This document shows positions 28,902 through 37,090 of a stretch of DNA of 64,000 nt, one piece after another. The stretch lies in contig JAGVWE010000003.1 of NCBI GenBank assembly GCA_018304425.1, positions 1 through 64,000 on the forward strand, read 5' to 3'. A program made the translations under genes and the position numbers. The notes under the pieces were generated by a model, which worked only from the letters and a program-made list of their open reading frames with translations, was not told the DNA's origin and made no database searches. The stretch's first letter is position 1. Each line of letters starts with the position of its first letter. Origin of the DNA: Candidatus Iainarchaeum sp. GTDB taxonomy: Archaea > Iainarchaeota > Iainarchaeia > Iainarchaeales > UBA10219.

Positions 28902-30182
28902 TCAATGGCCTCCTGACTGCGGCAAAGCCGCTTTCCCGATGTCCCGGCGGAAATGCATGCCCTCGAAGTAAATCAAGGCAACGGCCTGGTACGCCTGGCC
29001 AATGGCTTCCCGGATGGTCTTCCCCAGCGCGGTGACGCCCAGCACCCTTCCCCCGCTGGAAACGGTTTTGCCGTCCGCCAGCGAAGTACCGGCATGGAAT
29101 ACCAGGGTGTTCGGCTGCTTTCCGGCCCTTTCAAGGCCCGAAATTTCCTTGCCCTTCTCGTAGGCAGCAGGATACCCCTTGGAGGCCAGGACCACGCAGC
29201 AACAGGGCTGGCTGCCCCACCTCAATTCCACGGCATCCAGCCGGCCCTCGATGCAGGCCAAGGCAACCTCCACGAGGTCGGTTTCAAGCCGGGGCAAAAT
29301 GACCTGGGTCTCCGGGTCCCCGAAACGGCAATTGAATTCAAGTACCTTTACCTGCGTGCCGGAAACCATGAGCCCCGCATATAAAACGCCTTTATAGGCC
29401 CGGCCCTCCTTGGCCATGCCCTCCAAGGCCCGGGCGATGACTTGGGCGTGCACGCGCCGCTCGAACTCCGGCGAAGCAAAGGGCGCGGGACTGTAGGCGC
29501 CCATGCCGCCCGTGTTCGGGCCCTGGTCTCCGTCGAACACGCGCTTGTGGTCCTGTGCGGAAACCATGAGCCGCGCGGTCTTGCCATCGCAGAAGGCGAG
29601 CACGGAAACCTCCTGGCCTTCGAGGAGGTCCTCGACGATTACCTGGTTGCCGGCGTCCCCGAACCTCTTTTCGACCAGGATTTCCTGGACCGCGGCCAAG
29701 GCCTCGGCAGCGGACTGGCAGACGTACACGCCTTTGCCGGCCGCGAGGCCATCCGCTTTCACCACGCACCTTCCTTTCTGCTTGACAAAGGCCTGAGCGG
29801 CTTCGGCGTCCGAAAAAACCCGGAAGCCAGCCGAGGGAATGCCGTGGCGTTGCATGAATTCCTTGGCAAACGCCTTGCTGCCCTCGAGGACCGCGGCGTT
29901 CTTCCGCGGCCCGAAGACTTTCAGGCCGCGCGCCTCGAATTCGTCGACGATGCCCAGGGCCAATGGGCCTTCGGGACCGACCACCGTCAAGTCAACCTGG
30001 TGGTGGACCGCGAACTCGGCCAGTCTGGGAAGGTCATCGGCCTGGATGTTCACGCACTCCGCGAGCTGCGCGATGCCGGGGTTGCCCGGCGCGCAGAAGA
30101 CCTCACCCACCTGGGGCGACTGCCGAATCTTCCACACCAGGGCGTGTTCACGTCCACCAGAGCCAACCACTAAGACGTTCAA
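28902..30182 (-). CDS. purD: Phosphoribosylamine-glycine ligase
   Basis: GSGGREHAL, KADGLAAGKGV, QDHKR, GPNTGGMGAYSP and EFNCRFGDPETQ motifs. TTG start inferred. Confidence 0.96.
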   Translation of the reverse strand: MNVLVVGSGGREHALVWKIRQSPQVGEVFCAPGNPGIAQLAECVNIQADDLPRLAEFAVHHQVDLTVVGPEGPLALGIVDEFEARGLKVFGPRKNAAVLEGSKAFAKEFMQRHGIPSAGFRVFSDAEAAQAFVKQKGRCVVKADGLAAGKGVYVCQSAAEALAAVQEILVEKRFGDAGNQVIVEDLLEGQEVSVLAFCDGKTARLMVSAQDHKRVFDGDQGPNTGGMGAYSPAPFASPEFERRVHAQVIARALEGMAKEGRAYKGVLYAGLMVSGTQVKVLEFNCRFGDPETQVILPRLETDLVEVALACIEGRLDAVELRWGSQPCCCVVLASKGYPAAYEKGKEISGLERAGKQPNTLVFHAGTSLADGKTVSSGGRVLGVTALGKTIREAIGQAYQAVALIYFEGMHFRRDIGKAALPQSGGH

Positions 30183-30277
30183 GGCAAAAAACCCCTGAAA
30201 GACAGAGGGCAAAAGGGTTTAAATTCGACGCCCCTGGGCTTAGAAAAGATTTTATAGGCGGAAAGCATTGTCTTGGT

Positions 30278-31744
30278 ATGGGTCAGCCGATGGGAGGAAG
30301 GAGTTGGCGGATGCGGTTGCCACGCGGCGTGCGGCCCGCCATCCAGCCGAATTCCGTGTTCATCCTGCATGCGTTGGATTCAAGTGTCCGCCCGAATGCG
30401 GCGCTGCTGCGAAAATGGGTTGCTGCAGGCCACGTGGTGCCGGTTGAACGCGTGGATGCGCGCGGTCGAAGGATTCACGGCCAGCGACGGCATTTCCTGG
30501 TGCCCATCAAGGTACCCGAAGCCAGCCGCGACCGCATGGGCATCGTGCACACCCATTCGCACTCCGAGGCATCACTTGGAATCGCATTCGGTGACGGCCC
30601 CAACATCGCCACCACCACGCCGGCCACCTACACTAAAAAGAAATTCGTCGGAGGCCGGCGGCAAGCCGTCGGCCACCATTTCAAGCCCATTGAACAAGGC
30701 GAGTGGGCGAATACACGGAACCTCACCTTGAATGACGGTGAAAGCCCGCACCGTGTTCTGAAGGGAGCTGGCACGAAAACGGTGGTGGCGACTGTGCCCT
30801 TTGAGTTGCGGCCAAAGGAAAACGTTGGCGAGCGCAGGCTCTGGGGCGGAGCGCAGGCGGGAACGACGCGCACGTCGGTGGAAAACGCAAGGCTCCTGCA
30901 AAGGGATTGGAACGAGGCCCGCCGTCAAAGGGACCCCGTCGTAATGGAAGCCGTGCGGGCCGGATTGGAGACCCCCACCCTCCAGCCGGTGGCCGTGTTC
31001 AAGCCCCTGCAAGTGCCCCTAGCTGTGACCGGGCAAACGGGGGCGCACCTTCGCAGTGGGCACGTGAAAATAGTCAAACTCTCGCCGACCGCCGCCAACC
31101 GGGTGCTGGATGCGACCATTGAAAGGCGCTCCATCGAGGAGCGGGCGCAAGAGGCGCGCTTGGCCCGGAATTTCGCGGGCGTGCCGGGCATGGAGGTCGA
31201 GGAAAAGGTGGACCCGCTTCCGCGCTCCAAACGCCAACTCGCCGCCCAACGCGTGTTCGCCTACGAGGTCGACCATGGCATGCGCGTGGAGGGTTTGCAG
31301 GTGTTCTCTCCGCAGGAACCCGTGTGGCAACTCCTCTTGGCTAAGAGCGGGTTCAAGGTGGAAGGCGGCATTGTCACGAAGGAATGCCGCGAGGTGCCCC
31401 TGCCGAAGGTGCGTAGCAAGCTGCTGATTGATTTCATTGCACGGATGGCGGCAACCTTTAGCCTGGTCAAGCGGAGGGGCGCCTCGTTGTCTTCCCGCAA
31501 TGGCAGCTCGTTCTCCCCCCAAAACGTTTCCATCCTGGGACAGCCTCTTGACCTGGATACCGGGTTCTTGCGCGAAAAGGCTCGTGGGATCGACCACTTG
31601 ACGGATTGGCGGGAGTGCCTGTCCACCCTTGCCATGTTCAGGGACAGGTTGGGAATCCAGCTACCGAGAGAAAACCTGGCGCGGTTCTTCCTCGCCGACT
31701 TGAAGGGCAGCTTCCACCCCGAAGAGTGGTCGGAAAAGAAATAG
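30278..31744 (+). CDS. Divergent SelO/YdiU-like pseudokinase-fold protein with Arg-rich N-terminus
   Basis: Motifs in SelO order: GDG, LNDGESPHRVLKGAG, GLETPT, FIARMAA, QNVSILGQPLD. TTTTATA at 30250-30256. Confidence 0.6.
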   Translation: MGQPMGGRSWRMRLPRGVRPAIQPNSVFILHALDSSVRPNAALLRKWVAAGHVVPVERVDARGRRIHGQRRHFLVPIKVPEASRDRMGIVHTHSHSEASLGIAFGDGPNIATTTPATYTKKKFVGGRRQAVGHHFKPIEQGEWANTRNLTLNDGESPHRVLKGAGTKTVVATVPFELRPKENVGERRLWGGAQAGTTRTSVENARLLQRDWNEARRQRDPVVMEAVRAGLETPTLQPVAVFKPLQVPLAVTGQTGAHLRSGHVKIVKLSPTAANRVLDATIERRSIEERAQEARLARNFAGVPGMEVEEKVDPLPRSKRQLAAQRVFAYEVDHGMRVEGLQVFSPQEPVWQLLLAKSGFKVEGGIVTKECREVPLPKVRSKLLIDFIARMAATFSLVKRRGASLSSRNGSSFSPQNVSILGQPLDLDTGFLREKARGIDHLTDWRECLSTLAMFRDRLGIQLPRENLARFFLADLKGSFHPEEWSEKK

Positions 31745-33340
31745 TCACTTGCACGCCATCAATTCAACGGGTTGTTCGTACGTCCTTCCCTTGGACTTGC
31801 CCATGAGGGCCAGGGCCTTCTGGTAGCAGGCCTGGCCGCCGGGGGTGGGGTAACGTCCCGTGATGCAGGCCATGCACAAGTCTTTCGCGCCGTTCTCGAG
31901 GCCGATGGCACGCACCAGGCCTTCCTTGGACTGGTAGACCAGCGAGTCGGCATTGATTTCCTTGCGGATTTTCTCGACCTGCTCGGGTTTCATGTCAATG
32001 GCGCCAATCCCGTCGTCGAGTTCCTCTCTTTGCAGGTGCCTGGAAGCAATCAATTCGTCCAAGGTGCTCATGTCGATGCCGTAAAAGCAGGGTGCGACGA
32101 TGGGGGGACAGGAGACGCGGACGTGGATTTCGCGGGGATGCCCTTTCTCGCGGATGTAGGTCAGGAGCTCGCGGCTGGTCGTGCCCCGCACGATGCTGTC
32201 CTCGACGAGGATGACCTTCTTTCCTTTCACGACCTGCTTGATGACCATGTACTTTTCCTTGACCCGTTCCAGGCGGTCGTGGGACTCGATGAAAGTCCGG
32301 CCCACGTAGCGGTTCCTGAGCAGCCCCTCCTTGGAGGGCAGGCCCAGGGTGTTGGCGTAGGCGTCCGCCGCAGGCTTCGCCGTGTCGGGAACCCCGACCA
32401 CGACGTAATCGTCGTCGCTCTTGACGTCCAGGGGCTCTATTTTGGCGAGTTCCTGGCCCATGGCCCACCGCGCCTCGTACACGCTTCGGCCGTCCAAGAC
32501 CGAGCCCGCGTTGGCGAAGTACACGTACTCGAACATGCAGTGCGCGTTGCGCGGGGATTTCGCGAAGCGCTTGACTTCCTTGGAACCGTTTTCGACCAGC
32601 AGCATCTCCCCGGGCTTCAGGTCCCTGATGCCGTTCTGCACGTAGTTCACCAACGCAACGGATTCGCTGGCCGCGCCCGTGAAGCCCTCGTGGGAGGCGA
32701 ACACGAGGGGCTTGATGCCGTAGGGGGCGCGCACGGCCGCGATATCGCCTTCCGCGTTGAGGTAGACGATGGAGTAGGAGCCGTCGAATTTCTCGGAGAC
32801 GTTGGCGAAGGCGGCCGGGAGGTCCAGCTTTTGCTCGCCGATGAATTGCTTGGCGAGGAAGTGCTGGATGATTTCGGTGTCGGTGTTGAGCGTGATGTGG
32901 TATTTCTGGGCTTCAAGTTCGGCTTTGAGTTCCGCGTAATTCGCGAGGTTGCCGTTGAACGCGATGCTGAACCACTTCCACACGCGGCCGTGCTTGCGCT
33001 CGAAGGGCTGCGCATATTCCACGCTGTCCGAGCCGCAGGTCGCGTAGCGGATGTGGCCAATTCCTTTGGACCCGGAAAAGTCCCGCAGGAGGCGCAGCAT
33101 CTTGTCGGGTTCCCTGGAGCGGAAGACCTCGTTGACGATGCCCAGGCGCTTGTGCGTGTTCAGGAGCAGGGGCCGCTCCGCGTTATAAGTCGTGATGCCC
33201 GCCGACAATTGACCGCGGTTCTGCTGGGCGAGCAGCATCTTGTACAAGTAGAAGGCCGCGCCTCCGGTGGGCCAGTCCTTGGGCTTGCCGCCGAGCGATA
33301 CGGCTGCGACGGCACAGTTTTCCGTTGGCTCACCGGACAT
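31745..33340 (-). CDS. purF: Amidophosphoribosyltransferase (propeptide, Fe-S type)
   Basis: Short propeptide then Cys; NRGQ, GHIRYAT, CMFEYVYF, EDSIVRGTT, PCFYGID and CMAC motifs. Confidence 0.95.
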   Translation of the reverse strand: MSGEPTENCAVAAVSLGGKPKDWPTGGAAFYLYKMLLAQQNRGQLSAGITTYNAERPLLLNTHKRLGIVNEVFRSREPDKMLRLLRDFSGSKGIGHIRYATCGSDSVEYAQPFERKHGRVWKWFSIAFNGNLANYAELKAELEAQKYHITLNTDTEIIQHFLAKQFIGEQKLDLPAAFANVSEKFDGSYSIVYLNAEGDIAAVRAPYGIKPLVFASHEGFTGAASESVALVNYVQNGIRDLKPGEMLLVENGSKEVKRFAKSPRNAHCMFEYVYFANAGSVLDGRSVYEARWAMGQELAKIEPLDVKSDDDYVVVGVPDTAKPAADAYANTLGLPSKEGLLRNRYVGRTFIESHDRLERVKEKYMVIKQVVKGKKVILVEDSIVRGTTSRELLTYIREKGHPREIHVRVSCPPIVAPCFYGIDMSTLDELIASRHLQREELDDGIGAIDMKPEQVEKIRKEINADSLVYQSKEGLVRAIGLENGAKDLCMACITGRYPTPGGQACYQKALALMGKSKGRTYEQPVELMACK

Positions 33341-33437
33341 GAAGCAATGTCCCCGCGTATGGAACTGAGTGCAAACAAGTATTTATATTTATTATTCCAG
33401 TTGAATCTAGTACGGGTTGGATGTGGGGGAGAAATGC

Positions 33438-33920
33438 ATGCATTTCGTCGAGGTAGGGTGCAAGCCAGGGGTCAGGGACGTGCTGGGCCAGGCCGTCAAG
33501 GCCCGCCTCGAAGAAGACTTGTCCGCAGGAGTTAAAGGCCTCCGGAGGGTTGCTTTTATCGACGTTTACCGCCTGGAATGCCTTTTGTCGCCCCAGGAAG
33601 CCGAAAGGATCGGGGCCGAGCTCTTGCGCGACCCCATTACCCAGGTGTTTGCCGTGGACCAGCCGGTGGAAGGGGGCTTTGACTGGAGTGTTACGGTGAG
33701 CCTCCACCAGAATGTTACGGACAACGTGGGCATCGCGGCCAGGGAAGGCATTGAAGACCTCCTGGGCCGGAAGCTGGACGAAGGCGAGCGCCTCCACTAC
33801 GACCGGAAATACCTGTTCTGGGGCGACCTCACCGAGGCCCAGGTGAGGGACCTGGCTGGAAAGGCCTTGGCCAATGATTTCCTCGAGCATTGCCGGGTGG
33901 AGCGCGGCAGCCATGCCTGA
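33438..33920 (+). CDS. purS: PurS-like FGAM synthase subunit (double domain)
   Basis: KPGVRDVLG...LLRDPITQ and a second repeat VTDNVG...LAN; directly upstream of purL. Confidence 0.7.
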   Translation: MHFVEVGCKPGVRDVLGQAVKARLEEDLSAGVKGLRRVAFIDVYRLECLLSPQEAERIGAELLRDPITQVFAVDQPVEGGFDWSVTVSLHQNVTDNVGIAAREGIEDLLGRKLDEGERLHYDRKYLFWGDLTEAQVRDLAGKALANDFLEHCRVERGSHA

Positions 33921-36306
33921 ACTTCGCGTGCTCGACCGGAAGCCCGCTGACCTGGTGCGGCTGGGCAAGGAAGCGCAACTCCACCTAAACGAAGGGGAGT
34001 TCGCCGCCATCCAGAAATACTTCGAGCGCCTGGGACGCGAGCCCACGCAACTGGAACTGGAGACGATTGCCCAGACCTGGAGCGAGCACTGCAAGCACAA
34101 GGTGTTCAACGGCGTCATCGAGTACGTGGACGAGCGCGGCCACAAGGAAATCATCGACAACCTCTTCAAGCGCACCATCCGGAAGGCGACGGAGCGGGTG
34201 GCAGGGGAAGTCGGCTGGCTGGTGTCCGTCTTCAAGGACAACGCGGGCATCATTGCCTTCAATTCATCCCACCACGCCTGCATGAAAGTGGAAACGCATA
34301 ACCATCCCAGCGCCCTGGACCCCTACGGGGGAGCGAACACGGGCCTGGGGGGAGTCATCCGCGACGTGCTGGGCTGCGGCCTGGGCGCGAAGCCGGTCGC
34401 GAACACGGATGTCTTCTGCTTTGGGTTGCCGGACCTGGCCTACAAGGACTTGCCAAGCGGCGTCCTCCACCCCAAGCGCATTGCCAAGGGCGTGCGGGAG
34501 GGCGTGCGCGACTACGGCAACCGCATTGGGATTCCGACTGTGAACGGGGCCATCCTCTTCGATGCCAGGTACACGTGCAATCCCCTGGTCTACTGCGGCA
34601 CGGTGGGCGTGCTGCCCAAGGGCATGGAGTCAAAGCAGGCCAGGCCCGGCGACAAAATCGTTGCCATCGGGGGCCGGACCGGGCGCGACGGCATCCATGG
34701 CGCCACCTTTTCCTCCGCGGAACTGGACGAAAGTGTGTCCACCAGCGTGGTGCAAATCGGCAACGCCATCGAGGAAAAAAAGTTCTTGGACGTCCTCTTG
34801 AAAGCACGTGACCTCCGCTTGTACTCGAGCCTCACCGACTGCGGGGCCGGAGGCTTTTCGAGCGCGGTCGGGGAGATGGGCGCTGATTGCGGGGCACGCG
34901 TCGACCTCGAAAAGGCGCCGTTGAAGTACGCGGGCATGCAGTCCTGGGAAATCTGGGTCAGCGAGAGCCAGGAACGCATGGTGCTGGCCGTGCCTCCCGG
35001 GAACGTCGAGCGGCTCGTGAAATTGTTCGCGGACGAGGACGTGGAAGCCAGCGTCATCGGCGAGTTCACGGATGACCGGTTACTGAGCGTCCACCATGGC
35101 GGGCAATTGGCCGGGCAACTGGACATGGCTTTCCTGCACCGGGGCAACCCGCGGCTCGAGCAGAAGGCATCCTGGAAGCCCAAGCCCTTCGAGGAGCCCG
35201 TCTTTTCGGAGCCCAAAAACCTGGGAAGCCTGCTGAAGCGATTGCTGGCCGCCCCGAATATTGCCTCCAAGGAGACGACCATCCGCCAGTACGACCACGA
35301 AGTGCAGGGAGGTTCCGTCTTGAAGCCGCTGGTGGGAGCGGACCTGGATGGCCCGGGGGATGCCGCCATCATGCGGCCCTTCTTCGACGGCTGGGCGGGT
35401 TTGGCGGTTTCCAATGGCATCAACCCCTTGTATGGGGACATCGACCCCTATTGGATGGCGGCTTCCGCGATTGACGAAGCCCTGCGGAACCTGGTCGCGG
35501 TGGGCTGTTCCCTGGAACGGGTGGCCTTGTTGGACAACTTTTGCTGGGGCAACCCAAAAGACGAGGCAAAGCTCGGCGAACTCGTGCGCGCCGCGAAAGC
35601 CTGCCACGACGTGGCCGTGGCCTTCAAAACCCCTTTCATCTCGGGCAAGGACTCCTTCCACAACGAGTACACGGTGGGAGGCAAGACCGTTTCCATTCCC
35701 TCAACCCTCTTGATTTCCGCGTTGGGCGTCATGGGGGACGTGCGGCAACGGGTGTCCATGGACTTCAAGCAAAAAGGCAATCCCCTCTACGTCGTGGGAA
35801 AAACGTTCCAGGAACTGGGCGGCAGCCACTATTATCGGCTGCAGGGTGCGGTGGGGCGAAGCGTGCCCAGACTGGTGGTTGCCAGGGCCCGGAAACAGTA
35901 TGCGGGGCTGGCGAAGGCTGCCGCAATTGGGGTGGGGAAGAAAAACCGCGACCGCGTGGTGCGCGCCATGCATGACTGCAGCGAGGGCGGCCTGGGCGTG
36001 GCATTGGCGGAGATGGCGTTTGCCGGCGGGCTGGGCTGTGAAATCGACCTGCGAAAGCTCCCACGCGAGGGCGTGGAACGGAATGACTACGCGTTGTTCA
36101 GCGAGAGCAACGCGCGCCACCTCGTGGAAGTCAACAAGTCAAAGCGAACGGCCTTCGAGCGGCTGCTCAGGGGAACCGATTTCGCCTGCATTGGCCGGGT
36201 GACGGGCCCTGGGCGGCTGGTGGTAAAAGGCCTGCAGGGAGAAACCGTGCTGGACGAGGACGGCAAGGCATTGAAGAAGGCATGGAAGGGGACGCTGAAC
36301 TGGTGA
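33913..36306 (+). CDS. purL: FGAM synthase subunit PurL
   Basis: WSEHCKH, KVETHNHPSA, GRDGIHGA, DCGAGG, SESQERM and ISGKDS motifs. Confidence 0.97.
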   Translation: MPELRVLDRKPADLVRLGKEAQLHLNEGEFAAIQKYFERLGREPTQLELETIAQTWSEHCKHKVFNGVIEYVDERGHKEIIDNLFKRTIRKATERVAGEVGWLVSVFKDNAGIIAFNSSHHACMKVETHNHPSALDPYGGANTGLGGVIRDVLGCGLGAKPVANTDVFCFGLPDLAYKDLPSGVLHPKRIAKGVREGVRDYGNRIGIPTVNGAILFDARYTCNPLVYCGTVGVLPKGMESKQARPGDKIVAIGGRTGRDGIHGATFSSAELDESVSTSVVQIGNAIEEKKFLDVLLKARDLRLYSSLTDCGAGGFSSAVGEMGADCGARVDLEKAPLKYAGMQSWEIWVSESQERMVLAVPPGNVERLVKLFADEDVEASVIGEFTDDRLLSVHHGGQLAGQLDMAFLHRGNPRLEQKASWKPKPFEEPVFSEPKNLGSLLKRLLAAPNIASKETTIRQYDHEVQGGSVLKPLVGADLDGPGDAAIMRPFFDGWAGLAVSNGINPLYGDIDPYWMAASAIDEALRNLVAVGCSLERVALLDNFCWGNPKDEAKLGELVRAAKACHDVAVAFKTPFISGKDSFHNEYTVGGKTVSIPSTLLISALGVMGDVRQRVSMDFKQKGNPLYVVGKTFQELGGSHYYRLQGAVGRSVPRLVVARARKQYAGLAKAAAIGVGKKNRDRVVRAMHDCSEGGLGVALAEMAFAGGLGCEIDLRKLPREGVERNDYALFSESNARHLVEVNKSKRTAFERLLRGTDFACIGRVTGPGRLVVKGLQGETVLDEDGKALKKAWKGTLNW

Positions 36307-36311
36307 AAATC

Positions 36312-37076
36312 ATGGCGGAATTCAAGGCAATGGTGTTGAAGACGGCGGGAACCAATTGCGATTTCGAGACGGCCGAGGCCCTGCGGTTGGCGGGTTTTTC
36401 GCCGGAAACCATGCACGTCAACGAACTCATCCGCGGCGGGAAAAACCTGCGCGACTACCGCTTCCTGGTGTTGCCGGGCGGCTTTTCCCACGGGGACTAC
36501 ATCGCATCGGGGAAAATTTTGGCCAATAAGCTCAAATACCGGCTCGGCGAAGACGTTCCCCGGTTCATCGAGGAGGGCAACCTCGTGCTGGGCATCTGCA
36601 ACGGCTTCCAGACCCTGGTGAAGGCCGGGCTGCTGCCGGGCTTTGACGGGAACTACAAGCGGCAGGACGTGACCCTGACGTTCAACGACTCCGGGCACTT
36701 CCAGGACGAGTGGATCGAGTTGAAGAACGTGAACAAGGGCCGGTGCGTGTTCTCGAAGGGCCTCCGGAAAACCATCCACTGCCCCATCAACCACGGGGAA
36801 GGGAAATTCATTCCCGGAAGCCGGAAGGTGCTGGCGCGGCTGCACGAACAGGACCAGGTGGTGTTCAAGTACGCGGGCAGGAACCCCAACGGGTCTTTGG
36901 ACGACATCGCCGGCATCTGCGACGAAACCGGGCGGGTGCTGGGCTTGATGCCGCACTGCGAGAAAAACCTTTTCTCCGTGAACGACCCGCGGAGCACGCG
37001 CCTGGACCTGCCAGTCGAGGGAGAGGGCACGGCGATTTTCAGGAAGGCGTTCGAGTTCGTGAAAAAAAGGAAATAA
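36312..37076 (+). CDS. purQ: FGAM synthase glutaminase subunit
   Basis: GTNCD, PGGFSHGD, GICNGFQ, NPNGS and GLMPHCE motifs. Confidence 0.96.
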   Translation: MAEFKAMVLKTAGTNCDFETAEALRLAGFSPETMHVNELIRGGKNLRDYRFLVLPGGFSHGDYIASGKILANKLKYRLGEDVPRFIEEGNLVLGICNGFQTLVKAGLLPGFDGNYKRQDVTLTFNDSGHFQDEWIELKNVNKGRCVFSKGLRKTIHCPINHGEGKFIPGSRKVLARLHEQDQVVFKYAGRNPNGSLDDIAGICDETGRVLGLMPHCEKNLFSVNDPRSTRLDLPVEGEGTAIFRKAFEFVKKRK

Positions 37077-37090
37077 GCCCTGCCGTGAAT

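Noticed and set aside
29963-30277. N-terminal extension of the 593-aa ORF
   Set aside because: Overlaps purD and the promoter region. ATG 30278 follows a TATA box.
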